Below are positions 24,100 to 38,300 of a stretch of DNA of 64,000 bases, piece by piece (within the stretch, counting starts at the first letter, position 1; each line of letters starts with the position of its first letter). Under the pieces are notes generated by a model. It was not told the origin of the DNA, ran no database searches, and saw only the letters and a program-made list of their open reading frames with translations. This DNA is from Eledone cirrhosa. Taxonomy: Eukaryota. The position numbers and the translations under genes are program-made. The stretch lies in contig OZ024740.1 in the NCBI GenBank assembly GCA_964016885.1, positions 189,596,001-189,660,000 of the forward strand, in the 5' to 3' direction.

Positions 24100-24800
24100 C
24101 TTGATTGAATCTTCTTCATCGTCTGAGGGTCCCATCAGAAACAAACGTCACCGATTTATTCGGTATCATTCAGAAGCGTGACCATCTTAGATCATGAATG
24201 TTACCAACCGTATTGCTCGTGGGCTACCCTCACTGAACAGGATCCATTACTTTTCAAAATCCTCTGTTTTTTCAAGGACTCCTACGAATGTAAAGCAGTA
24301 GTGTCTGCACACCAGGTGCTGACCTCCCAATTAGCCAGCGCTTGTCAATTTATTCAGTAGGGCAAGCTTGACGTGTTAGGTTTGTGGGGTTTCTTTACTT
24401 TAGGTAGTCCCAGTTTGCAGAAAACTATACCAGTTAATAGCTCAACCCTTCTCCTAACTCGAATATCAAGCAGAGAGTCTAAGAGAATGAAGACAAAAAA
24501 TAGTGAATTTTGTGCATCAACCTGCACCATCCACATAGACATTTCATCCTAAGCTTCAAGCAGCAATTGTTTTCCCTCAATGGGAACCAGTCCATAACGT
24601 ATTCTGACAGCCGGGTTCATGTGAGAATTCCCACTCTCACCTGTGCAATCCTGTCTGGAACCACTCTTGAATTGTGGAGTTTCAATCCTCCATTCAAATC
24701 TCTAGTACCATATCCATGGGACGTTGTTGAGGAAAGCCAGACTTTATCGAGTCTGTAACATCAGGGCTCCTCTACTAGTTCCTGCTCCTTACCTGTAAGT
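24100..24800 (-). mobile_element. RTE-clade LINE relic (APE endonuclease)
   Basis: HGYGTRDLNGGLKLHNSRV..AQVRVGILT..VMDWFP..MVQVDAQN; parallels 54340-54780. Confidence 0.65.
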
Positions 24801-26911
24801 GTTGTAACGTTGTAATTTCCAATCGGGAATGTTTGCTCTCTTCTTGACATGCATTGTGGTTTCGGGATACACAACCTTTTTGTGTCGATCCTATGCCTCC
24901 TACCATTCTAAACAGAGCTGTTCTGATAAAAAATGTGTCACAAGTGTCTGATACCGATGCGGTCAACACATATGATAGTTAATTGTGATTTAAATGGGCT
25001 TCTGCCGAACGAATAATCAGCTATGTACCAAACAGAAGTATATTACTAGGGGAGACGCAGCAATAGATGACACTGGTAACTCTCAAAACTCACATCATTC
25101 TGCAATGTAGCCACGCATGGCAATGTAAAGGAGTCCTCTGAAAAAGCCTAGTCTTCTGGGTCTGAGAAAAATAATAAATTGGAGACTGGCCCGAACAAAC
25201 TCGCCAAAACTGCAGCGTAGTCAGTTTTAATAGAAACACTTTCAGCACATCGTCTTTGGCGCGTGGTATCAAGGGAAGCGTTTAGGCCTTAACCAGAGGG
25301 ATGTGTCTGCAAAATATATTGCAGTCTAAATCTAACGCAGTAAAAACAGTCACAGTTAGCATGATAAATAAAGACTATATATATTCAGTATACATACACG
25401 TGTTAAGCTCAGCTAATTTGTACCATAGTCAGAAAGAAAATGTACATACTTATATATTTAGAACTATTTACATTTTCACTAAGCATTTATCTTTTAAATA
25501 TATTTTCTGTTAACATTCCTCTTTTATGATATATTTTTTATTCAATAATGAATTCTAAAATAAGGGTCCCTAAAATCTGAATTATATGAAGCGCTTCTTT
25601 AACAAGATTTCCACCTGTCAAGTATATAAAAAAATGTAACAAATTCGATAAGTAAAGCTTCAATGCTTTATATCAATCGTGACTGATCTTGCTGATAAAA
25701 GGTTCTAAATATACAATAAGAAAGAGAAAAAAAAAAGAACAAACCCGAAAGGTAGTTGCCACTTTTTTTTACATTTAATTGTAGTGGTAGTCCGTCACGC
25801 GTAGATTATTCAAAGTTCAGCTAATACGTACGATCAAAACTAATATAATATATGAAACAACATCTAAACCAAATTGAACACTGTACTTACTATGTTTTAG
25901 TCTATTGTACCAATAATTTCCACTTTATTGTATGTGTCGTTTTAATACACAGCCATCATCATTGAGAGACGGTAATATATTCTGAAAGTGTATCGATATT
26001 GAAGTAACTCAACCGTCACATGAATACTTAATATTCGTTGGATGTCTTTTTATACAAAGAATCAATACTGCACGAGGAATAGAAATTATTTTCACACGTT
26101 GCTATTAATTTCATTTTCTACTTAGCTTTGAAACTGACGATATCGGAAGAGATACTTTTAAATGCTTCTTATTTTCGTAAACATTGCAATATTTATATTT
26201 TTTCTTACCAACATTGCTTGAGACGGTAAACAATGGATCTGTTTGTGGAATTGCTTGCAGGAGTGTAGATGAATATATTACTGCCAAGTGTTGATTAAAT
26301 TTAATGTTTGGTGAAGAATGTATCTATGGGATTTTAACAATCTAATGGTCGGTCTCGTACAACAATTATTTAGTATACAAGGGAATAATTTTGAAATTTT
26401 AACTGAATTCAATTTTAAATGGTTGCTTTAGATACGCACCGAACCTAACATGAATATGAAATCCAAAGAGTTTTAAACGACCGACAGTAAATAAAAAGAG
26501 AATGTATATTTCAAGTTTTATTTTTAGAGATATTCTAGAAAAATACTTGAAATAATTACAGGAATAATACGCATTGTATTAACCTAACGTTGGGTTGGTA
26601 GCAGAACATTAGCTACAGTTAGGAAAAGAATGTGTGCATTTGGTGTTGTACATCTATGTCAGTTTAACTTTAAACCTAAAGAAACTGAAAAAATACAAGT
26701 CAATTACTGTCTTAAATTGAATTAACTGGAGTAATCCTTTAAATTTGTGGACTTTTGCAATTGTTAAATATCATTGCTAATGTAAATTGTGAGCCCAAAT
26801 ACAGCAAATGTATAAAAAAGATTCCGAAGCCTGAACACGGCTGAAGAACACACGCAAATACAGAAACGCGCACATTCACACACGTTTATATATAGATTGT
26901 TATAATTTGGG

Positions 26912-27038
26912 AGGATGATGGTGCCAATAAAAATACACGTAACCTTTGGTTTTCTCTTCAATTTATCATAAAGCATACAAATATTTGCTTTACCACAGGT
27001 TTTCAGATAAGAAATTTTGCAAAACAAATACAAAAGAG

Positions 27039-27040
<2 letters not shown>
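26912..27040. mobile_element. Diverged fold-back terminus of PLE family B (a further fragment at 44822-44872)
   Basis: gattgttataatttgggagg..gccaataa and cagataagaaattttgc.aaacaaat match 20430-20560 on both strands. Confidence 0.6.
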
Positions 27041-27085
<45 letters not shown>

Positions 27086-27114
27086 GACACAGAGAAACAC
27101 ACAGACACACAGAC

Positions 27115-27193
<79 letters not shown>

Positions 27194-27194
27194 T

Positions 27195-27291
<97 letters not shown>

Positions 27292-27599
27292 CGCACACAC
27301 ACACACATATATATATATATAAGAAATACAGTCGCAGCTCGATGGCAGGGCTCTTTCCGTTTCGACAGCAAATTCTAGTCTGTAATTTAATGTCGAAACG
27401 ACAACGGCTTGGCCATTATGCCTCTCGTATATTTACACACTACTATACCAAATAGTAAATACTCTGCTGAATAATTGTCATACGAGGGTTGGGCTTGCTA
27501 TCAGAACAACATAAACAAAACATTTTCAGTGCCTGTCAAGCATTACTGATTGCAAAATGAAACTACGTGTTCCATCCTGTGTCTTGCAACAATATGTTT

Positions 27600-28520
27600 T
27601 GTTAATGCCAATAAAGAAATTGTTATCACTTCCTAGGAAAGCCTTCATACTGCCATTACTTCTACACCGAGTGATAGCAAGCTAATAATTCTTTGTAACT
27701 TCAATGCGCGTATTGGCAAGGACTGTGAGTCTCGAAATGTTTTGGCCCACATGGCATTAGTAAAATGAATAAATATAGCCTGAAGCAACCTACATTTTGC
27801 TCAGAGCTAAATTAGACTATTTACATTTTCGTCGGACACAAACTGAGACACTAAATTACACGGAATCATACGAGCTCAAAGCATCGGAACATGGTTGATT
27901 TTATTATCATCCGTAAACTTAATCTCACTGATGTGTGTAATATACATATGATGTATGTGAGGAATATGGCACTGATCACAAGCAAGGTGTGAGGAAAGTT
28001 TTATTTGGTATGCGTAAGCAGATCCGTATGAATGAGGTCAAGAATCAAACTGATACTGATGTTAGTAAACTGAAACCGTCTGACATTTTTCAAACCTTAT
28101 CCGGACTGCTCTGTTGTCTAGAACTGGATAGAACATGGGTAAATGTTAAATACAAAGATTATTCCACTGCAGCAGATGTATCCGGCTATAATTCCAAAAA
28201 AACAAACAATTAAAAAATCATAAAGACTGATTTGATAATAACAATCCTATTCTGAGCAAGTTACTGAAAACAAAACAGACACTATGAAAAATACTGGGTG
28301 AAAATCCCTCAACTCGACTAGCTAATGAGAATATATATAAAAAAATCAAAGCGACATTTCAACGTGAAGTGAGAAGGATGATAAATGATTGGTATTCAAA
28401 TGTATGTCAAAAAGTGCAAGATGCCTTTAATAATAAGGATAGTGTAACTTTAAATGTTTTATTGAGACAATTGACGGGTGGTGTAGTTCTCTATAAAAGC
28501 CCAGAGAAAATTATAAAGAG
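27600..28520 (+). mobile_element. RTE/BovB-like LINE relic (APE domain and linker)
   Basis: KLIILCNFNARIGKD..GPHGISKMN..FCSEL..SKHRNMVDFIIIRK..GTDH. Confidence 0.8.
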
Positions 28521-28563
28521 AGGGAAAAATCACACACACGCACACATACACACAGACACACGC

Positions 28564-28594
<31 letters not shown>

Positions 28595-28612
28595 CATATA
28601 TACAAACACACA

Positions 28613-28724
<112 letters not shown>

Positions 28725-29094
28725 AACACACATACACCCCACCTAACACATTTTTTTTTTCTAAATCCATTTCATTCCGCTAAGAGATAATTAAAGAAAT
28801 GTAATCACTAAGCATATATTTAGAGAATCGCTATGCATTTCTGTATCAACCTCCTAGAAATACCAAAAATACTTCTTTAACGCAAATTCATGCCATTTAA
28901 AAAAGGAAGATACATCAGATATATAATCTAATACGCAAAAAAAAAAAAATTTATAATAATACAAATTGATAAAATGAAGTATATTTAAGAAATAAATGTC
29001 TTTGATCAGGAGTCCTCTGCGTCGGCGTCAACCTGATTCTTATACAAATAAAATACAGAATATAATATTATGAGTTTATTTCTGGTGTTTATGT

Positions 29095-29440
29095 GAAGGC
29101 GCATGGCTTAGTGGTTAGAGCATTGGACTTGCAATCGAATGGTTCTGAGTTCGATTCTCGGACTCGGTGATGCGTTGTGTTCTTGAGCAAGGCACTTTAT
29201 TTCACATTGCTCCAGTTTACTCAGCTGTAGAAATGAGCTGCGACGTCACTTGTGTCAAGCTGGATCGACCATTGCCTTTGCCTTGGATAACATCGGTGGC
29301 GTGGAGAGGAGAGGCTGGTATGCATGGGCGACTGCTGGTCTTCCCCAAACAACCATGCCTGGACTTGTGCCTGGGAGGAACACTTTCTAGGTGCAAATCC
29401 CATGGTCATTTGTGATCGAAGGGGGTCTTTACCTTTACCT
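29095..29440 (+). mobile_element. Full-length tRNA-derived CORE-like SINE
   Basis: A box tggcttagtgg, B box gagttcgattc, ttcttgagcaaggcacttt, tail ending in (tttacc)2. Confidence 0.9.
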
Positions 29441-29815
29441 TTTTTTTTATTTCTGTTGCTTGGCAAATCATAAGACACATCATTCCCTCACAATCTCTCT
29501 CCTCTTCACTTAGTATAGTATATGATATGATATGGTAAAGAATTCCGCATACGTATAAGTAACTGTCACTGAATTTACTTATTTGCTAACATATAATTTA
29601 AAATATCGTGTCGATAAATTGTAAATACGTTCGCATGTAGTAGGTCTATTAACACTGCCAGACAGAATTTATATTAATCAAAGATACGTATGTGTACTCT
29701 CTTCCAAATTATCCACACATATGCCTTTTCAGTTGTTTTAGTTATGTTGTTATACATGCATAAGTAAAACCAACGTACATACACGAACACAACCACGCAA
29801 AAATACATACTCCCC

Positions 29816-29850
<35 letters not shown>

Positions 29851-30105
29851 GTATATAACGGGCCACATAAATATGTATATTCTCACATAATTACTAACAC
29901 GACACATTCAACTTAGCATGAATTGTATATTACAGGGATGTGAAATTCATCATTAACCAATTTTTAGTTTATTGTACAATGTAATTTTATTATTCCATCA
30001 CATTTAATATTTGTGAGATTATTAACATATACACACACACTCATATATATATATAAATATATGTACATATATATATATACATATGTATATACATACATCA
30101 TACAT

Positions 30106-30140
<35 letters not shown>

Positions 30141-30190
30141 GTGAAAGATTGAAGAATAACATGGCCAACAGTACACAAAGGGTTTATTTA

Positions 30191-30303
30191 CAGTATTAAC
30201 AATTGTTTCATTGATTAGGGTGTCTAAAAATTACTAATCACTTGAAGTTGTGTCACTCAAATTTAAATACAATATATGCCTAATCAAATCATCGGAATAA
30301 CTG
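30191..30303 (-). ncRNA. Hammerhead (family C, inverted arm; U4>C)
   Basis: cagttatt-CCGATGA-tttgattag...ctaatcaat-GAAA-caattg-TT-aatactg. Confidence 0.55.
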
Positions 30304-31104
30304 ATTAAAATTATACACGGCGTTTGTAATATGCTAGAAAATTCAAATTATATCAGTAATAAAGAAAGCACAAGAAAAAAGAAAAAAGAAAAAAGAGAGA
30401 GAGAAAAAGAAAAAAAATTATGTAGGCATAAAGCAGCTACTAAGTTCACAAATTAAAAAAAAAAAGAAAATGAAAAAAGAAAACATAATAAATAAATAAT
30501 AATAAATATGTTAGAATGAAGATGATAAAAAATAAGTAAAAAAATATATGTGTGTGAAAGAAAAAAGTGAACATAATATGATTGTTGAAAATAGTTGTGG
30601 TGGTGTTGGTTAAAATATAAAGATGTGATGGTATAAATATGAAAATATTAAATATATACATATATGTATTGGTTAAATTATATTATGAAGAAATAGTAGA
30701 GTTCTAAATAAAGGATAAATTAATAAATTGGAAGTTATGTGAGAGGTGAAGAGAACATGATAGGATATAAGGGAAGAGGTGAAATAGTTGTAGGGAAAGT
30801 GAGTGAAAGAAAGAAAGGTTAGTAGGTTATGATGTTGATTCCGTGATTAGTTGATCTATTGAGAGCTAATGATAATGGGTTATTATAATAGACTCTAAGT
30901 TGTTCAGTTTGAATTATGAGATTGTTGGATCGAATCATGCTGGTTTGGAATTTGCGAATTTAGTAGCTGCTTTATGCCTTCAGAATTATTTTATTCTTTT
31001 TCTCTCTCTCTTTTTCTTTTTTCTTGTTTCTTTTGCTTTCTTTATTTCTGATGTTGTGATTTGAATTTTCCTAGTGTATTACAAACGCCGTGTATAATTT
31101 TAAT

Positions 31105-31217
31105 CATTTATTCTGATGATTTGATTAGCCATACCTTGTATTTAAAATTGAGTGACACAACTTCAAGTGATTAGCAATTTTTTGACACTCTAATCAATGA
31201 AACAATTTTTAATACTG
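31105..31217 (+). ncRNA. Hammerhead (family C, direct arm; stem III G>U)
   Basis: tatt-CTGATGA-tttgattag...ctaatcaat-GAAA-caattt-TT-aata. Confidence 0.6.
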
Positions 31218-31408
31218 TTAAAAAAAAACGCCTTTTGACCATGTTATTCTTCACTATTTCACTATTATTACTTCAAGATTAATCTGCTTAGGAATTCCCG
31301 AGAACTCGCAACCTATCTAACGATACCTTTCTTTGAGTCAAACAACGCCGTACGTTAAAACTGTCCACAATACGGAGTACTCACAAGCTATAACGATAAT
31401 TTGTTATC

Positions 31409-31442
<34 letters not shown>

Positions 31443-31448
<6 letters not shown>

Positions 31449-31690
31449 ATAAATGTAAGCTATCGCCGTATTTTGACTAAAGACATTATTTAGCCTGATA
31501 GTGGGGTTAAGAACCCTCGGAGAAATGGAAAAAGATGAGTATTGACGTACTGTACTAATCTTTTTCCATTTCTCCGAGGGTTCTTAACCCCACTATCAGG
31601 CTAAATAATGTCTTTAGTCAAAATACGGCGATAGCTTACATTTATAATAATTTCAAACCCGCTCGCTGTTTCGAAAATATTCTTACTTAA
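31443..31690 (+). mobile_element. Fold-back element with perfect 94-bp inverted arms
   Basis: 31443-31536 is the exact reverse complement of 31558-31651; short tail ending cttactta; TA-flanked. Confidence 0.8.
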
Positions 31691-31739
31691 TATACATATA
31701 TATAATATAAGATCAATAGATGGTTAAAAGAGTTCCAAA

Positions 31740-31810
31740 TATTTTATTATGCCCATTTCAAAAACAAATATCATCATGGGATGATATTTGCGTTCTCATC
31801 AGATAAAATA
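31740..31810 (-). ncRNA. Type I hammerhead (family D, inverted arm)
   Basis: tattttat-CTGATGA-long stem II-GAAA-tgggca-TA-ataaaata. Confidence 0.75.
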
Positions 31811-32925
31811 GGGATACATGATATGAAGCTTAAAAAACACTTGTGAGCAGTAAAGTTTTAAATCAACATATGAAAAATAAAGTAAGATGGATATATGAGA
31901 TTGCGAAAAAATGAGGGGGGGGGGGTACGAGAACGTAAGGAAGAGGAAGAAAGAAAATAAAGGATGGTGGGGACGAGTATAAGAAGGTAGGATGAGGGAG
32001 GAGGAGAAATGAGTGATAGAGAGAGTGAATAGCCTTTACAACTGAGAAAACATTGTCTCACAGAGAGAAATTAAAAAACCATTGGGAGATAATAGATATT
32101 TTAAAAGATTTTGAAATTAAAAGATAATGAGGTTTATGGATGTTGACGTTTATTATTGAAGAAAAAGGAATTAGGTTTATATATTGAAGGGTTTAATAAT
32201 ATGTGCGAAAAAAAAAAAGGATTTATTAATATGTATTATTAAAATAAAAATATTAAGGATATTAAGGATATAATGTGAAAGAAGAAGAAGATTAAATGAA
32301 TTATGAACTTAGAGGATTAGTTAGGGGTTAAGTTTGTTTTTATGTATTGTAATATGTAAAAGTAAATAATAGGTTTAAAACGAGCATGGAAAGAGAGAAG
32401 AAAAAATAGAATTTAAGGAAGAAAATATATCTAACGTCAAACAGTATATATGTTTACAAAAATGTTCTAATGGTAATATTATTATATATAAAAAAATATA
32501 TAGTTTCTATATATTTGTTTTTTTTTGTTTTTCGCACATATTATTAAACCCTTCAATATATAAACCTAAATTAATAGTATTCCTAATTCCTTTTTCTTCA
32601 ATCATAAACATCAACATCCATAAACCTCATTAACCTTTAATTTCAAAATCTTTTTAAATTATCTATTATCTCCCAACGGTTTATTGATTTCTCTCTGTGA
32701 GACAATGTTTTCTCAGTTGTAAAGACTATTTCCCTCTCTCTATCACTCATTTCTCCTCCTCCGTCATCCTACCTTCTTATACTCCTCCCCCACCATCCTT
32801 TATTTTCTTTCTTCCTCTTCCTTACTTTTTCCCAATCTCATATATCCATCTTACTTTATTTTTCATATGTTGATTTAAAACTTCACTGCTCACAAGTGTT
32901 TTTTAAGCTTCATATCATGTCCCCC

Positions 32926-32996
32926 TATTTTATCTGATGAGAACGCAGATGTCATCCCATGATGATATTTGTTTTTGAAATGCGCATAATAAAATA
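32926..32996 (+). ncRNA. Intact type I hammerhead ribozyme (family D)
   Basis: 8-bp stem I tattttat/ataaaata, CTGATGA, ~15-bp stem II, GAAA, palindromic atgcgcat stem III, AUA cleavage triplet. Confidence 0.85.
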
Positions 32997-33117
32997 TTTG
33001 GAACACTTTTAACCATCTTTTGATCTTATATTATTTATACTCCAGTCCTATAAACTGTAGAGTGCTACTTATCCGATATTTGCATTGCTTTATTGTGCTA
33101 CAGTAAAACTCACCTCC

Positions 33118-33503
<386 letters not shown>

Positions 33504-34763
33504 TATGTATATATTCAGACATAGTCACAGATGAGTGTGGCTACCTTCCACGGTGTGACTCAATGAAAAAATTGATTAAGCAAATAATTCTTAATCAGAG
33601 CTATATGAAATTATAAGTTTGAAAAACAATCAAACAAAATATATCCAATTTCTGTTCTCCTCGCTCCGTAGAAATCGAATAGATAAATACTCATTTAAAC
33701 GGATCTAAGTTTAAAATGTAACTCCGAAGAAATAAATGATAAATGTCACAGACTATCCTCCACGAGGAACAGCCAGATAAAATTTACCTACTCTTTCTTC
33801 TTAGCCTGTAGAAATTAACTAGACAAATAATCAATTAAATGGAGGTAAGACTAAAATGTAAGTTCGGATATATTTTGTCTGACTGTTCTTCCAACTTAAA
33901 ATTTTATATATATATATATTTATTTATTTATTCATATGAACACACGCACATACATAATGTAGGCACAAGACTAGTAATTTGGGAGAGGGGAAATCGATTA
34001 AATCGACCCCAGTACGTTACTGGTGCTTTATTTCATCGACCCCGTATGGATGAAAGGCAATGTTAACCTCAGCGAGATTTGAACTCATACCGTAAAGCAT
34101 GGCGTCCAACCCTCTACCGATACTGCCAATCCCACATACATAATTGTTACTACTTTTGGTACAAGGCCAGCAATGAACCAGTACATTACTGGTACTTTAT
34201 TTTATCGACCCCGTAAGGATGAAAGGCAAAGTTAACCTCGCAGGGATTTGAACTCAGATCGTAAAGGGACGTAACTACGCTGGAAAGCATGTCCGACCCT
34301 CTACCAATACTGCCAATTCACCGTATACATAATGATACCTTGTCTTACACGGATACCATGTCAAGTCTTCAAGGCAAAGAATATAAATATGTGCCACACT
34401 TTTTCTGAATAACAACTACAACCGATGGCAAAAGCTTACTCAAAATTTATTTCCCACCGGAAAACAAATATCAACGTATTATTTATCATAATAATTTTTT
34501 GAGTCGACAAAATATCATACTTTGAACTGGTCAACTGAGAATCCAAGCGACAATTAAATCAGGCATGTGTGAAATGGAAAATGAAAAAATATATCTCACA
34601 GTCATGCACTCTTATTTATGAAGAGAAGTTAACACGTATGTGTATTAAGCTGCTTGGGGATCAGAGTACGTAGATACACATATAAGCTTATATGTGTATA
34701 TATATATATTCACACACACACATGCACACACACACATATATATATATATATAATGCATCTCTG

Positions 34764-34832
<69 letters not shown>

Positions 34833-35109
34833 GTGTATATATATATGTATGTATATATATATGAATATATATATATGCATATATATATACATGTCAAGGT
34901 ATATATGTATGTGTAATCTTATAGAATATAGAATCAATTGGAATACATACACATATTCACATTTATGTTAATATGCGGCTTCTATATATGTGATGAATAT
35001 ATACACACGCATATATATTTATATATATATATATATATATACGTGTATATACATATTTATATATATATATATATTTATATATATATACATATTTATATAT
35101 ATATATACA

Positions 35110-35164
<55 letters not shown>

Positions 35165-35267
35165 AAACAATACTTATAAAACCATATTTATTTTATTATA
35201 TATATATGAACCTGAATCGATAAGGTATGGCTTCTTGGGTATATCACCATTTAGAAAACGAATCTTG

Positions 35268-35328
35268 TATTTTATCTGATGAGAGCGTACCAAAATGTTG
35301 ATACCTTTGAAATATATATAACAAAATA
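35268..35328 (+). ncRNA. Type I hammerhead within fold-back element 35161-35420
   Basis: tattttat-CTGATGA-gagcgtaccaa..ttgataccttt-GAAA-tatata-TA-acaaaata; 35161-35210 is an inverted partial copy. Confidence 0.7.
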
Positions 35329-38300
35329 AATATGGATTTATAAATATTGTTTCCATTTATCAATATCATTGATATTATGTTCCAGAAAATCGGTAGAGTG
35401 CTTCGAATCTGTTATCAATAAATTTGTTGTATAACCAAAAAATTATATATATATAAAATAAAAATGAGAATTTTATTTCTCGCCCTAGCACAGCTGATAC
35501 ATAAATCTAAGTATGCACACGTACACACATATAAATATATACACATATATATACATATAGACATGTACATGTATATATGTGTGTACATGTGCATACTTAC
35601 AGACAGACAGACACATACAAAAATACATACATATATATATTTATACACACCTCTGTATATTTTTACCGCTATCGTAATCTTTTATCATATATGTGAGTCG
35701 GTGCGTGTTCGTGTAAGTATATGTATATAGTATGTATATATAGCGATCTGTATCGATATTTGCGTTACCTAAATATATGTAAATATACATTACTTACAAC
35801 CTCATCTCGCAATAGTTATTTTCTCTCTCCTGAACCAAATGCATATATATATATAAATACATAAATATAGCGAGTGCCTCTATATATGTGTGCGTGTGTG
35901 TGTAACAACAAAGTCTATTCACTTTTGATCTTTTGTAAAAAAGTAGTAATTTATATTCTCAACAGTCATTTTGTTGGGCTTCATGCAATTGAATGCTACT
36001 TGCAAGTTGGTGGAATTATTTTTATTTCTGATAAAGTCATCCATAAATTTCGCCAATAACTATAGGCTATTTTTATTTCTTTCGTTGCTACGTTCTCTTT
36101 GAAATGTTCTGTGTAGTGATCATAAAGTGTTTTACATATTCTTATATATTCATATCTACTTTTTACTTCATGATTATATATAAATATATATATATATAAA
36201 TATATAGATATGTGAGTGAGTGTGTGTGTGTGTGGTGTGGCATACCATCTCCCTAAAGAAATACTCATATCTTTCATTTGATGTAATCTATTCACTTATA
36301 TTTCATCACCATCATCATCATAATCTTCTTAATTATGGTTATGATCCTCATGATTATGATGCTACACCCAACACATACACACTGACACACACAAACCCAC
36401 ACACATATCTTGCTATCTCACCAAAGAAATTTGCGTATTCATTTGATGTTATCTATTCACTTATATCATCACCATCATCATCTCACCATCATCAACAACA
36501 TCACCATCATAATGCTGATCACGATCGTCTTCATCATGATCCCCTCACGTCCTAATTTCATATTAAACACTTGGTAAAAGTTTCTCAATGATATCTATTT
36601 TGATTTTTCCAATTGTACTTTAAGGATCTCATCGAAATCTAATTTAGTTCTAATCCCTTCAAAATATATAAAACTAATATATAAATAATTAATATGTAAT
36701 AAATATTTCTGATTTAGGTATAAGGCCAACAATATTTTTGGGAGGGAAAGTCGATTAAATCGACCCCAGGGCATTACTGGTACTTTATTTATGTATGGAT
36801 GAACGGCAAAGTTAACCTCGGTGGGATTTAAACTCAGAATGTAAAATGACACAACTCTACGCTACGAAGCATGTTGTCTGACGCTCTACCGACACTGTCA
36901 ATCTATTTGTAATAATACATTCAAAGTTATAACGTAGTCATAACCTAGGTCAGTGAGATAATATGACATCATTTATTCTTATGCATGTTTGTACATATAT
37001 CAGGGGCTAACATTGTTGGAAATATCATCCTGTAATTAAGAGGGTAGGTTGTGTTTTATGAGTGATTCAGTGGCTACTTTTAACAGATCAAGTGACTATG
37101 TTGAGGCAAAATGGGCGAATATGTCGAGCAATTATTACGTTCCCATCATCCGTTGAATAACACAATGCTTAAAGCCATTACTAATCAATTGATGAATGGT
37201 TGTTGAAAGCTATCTTAAAATGTTCCATCATAATTTTATTTAAGAACTTTGTGACGTTATGCGCCAGAGACCAGCATAATAATTATTTCTACTTATGGCA
37301 CAAGGCCAGCAATTACCTAATGTATTACCGGTACTTTATTTTATCGACCCTGTAAGGATGAAATGCAAAGGTAACCAACATAATAATGGTAACATTAAGT
37401 ATATTACAAAATTCCTTCAATATTTCATTTCAAAGTTACAGATAGTTAACAACTGCGATGCTTATGATTCTTTATTATACATAAGCATATTACATATTTC
37501 GTGGATATAGACGTTTTTTTTTTAATTTGAGATATGGAAGAGAAAAGGTTAAGATGATATGGTACCTTTCAAGGCAGATTTGTGTGCTATTTTTAGCAAA
37601 TCATATGATCACAAAGACGTTCCTAAGTTAATTCCAGCGACCATGTAGAGTCGTGGTAAAATTGTCAATTTAAATCCATCGACCAATATCCAAATCACTG
37701 AATTTTGTGCCCATTAAAACAAAATCATTATTATTTCCAATACTATTTCACTAATATATTATTACATTTCGATTCGTGTATGAAGAGATATCCATATACC
37801 TTAACCATGCTTTGATAACATATTGATTATTCAATATGGTTGTCAATATTTCACGTCAAAAGTTCATCCTCCCCTTCTCTCTCTCTCTTGTATGCAAGAT
37901 GTTCTTAGAATTCTACATATAACCCTTCACTTTAGTTGCTGTCTAAATTAATTGAAATGTTATATATTTGCTTTTCAGGTAGTAGACACAATTCTTATAT
38001 CACACAGACACACACACATGCACACAGAAATATCTTTCCATCTATCTATCTGTGTATATACATGTGTGTGTGCGTGCGTGTGCGTGTGTGTGTTTATATA
38101 TAACGCCCTCTGTTATGTTTCTCTCGTAAGTATCTGCATAAACAATATTTTGGACATATATATGTGTGGTATGCACAATGGATTCTATGTTGTGCATTTT
38201 CTACCTGTCATAGAGTAAACATTATTCAGATTGCACTGCATGCAATGTAGATTTGCGCTGTGACATTGAAAGAGGTTATAAGAGAATATTGAACAATATA

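Larger units (their letters stand above)
30140..31410 (+). mobile_element. PLE-derived element (family C) with ~310-bp inverted pLTR arms
   Basis: 30140-30454 is the reverse complement of 30949-31263; ~150-nt unique tail; TA-flanked; homolog at 58501. Confidence 0.85.
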
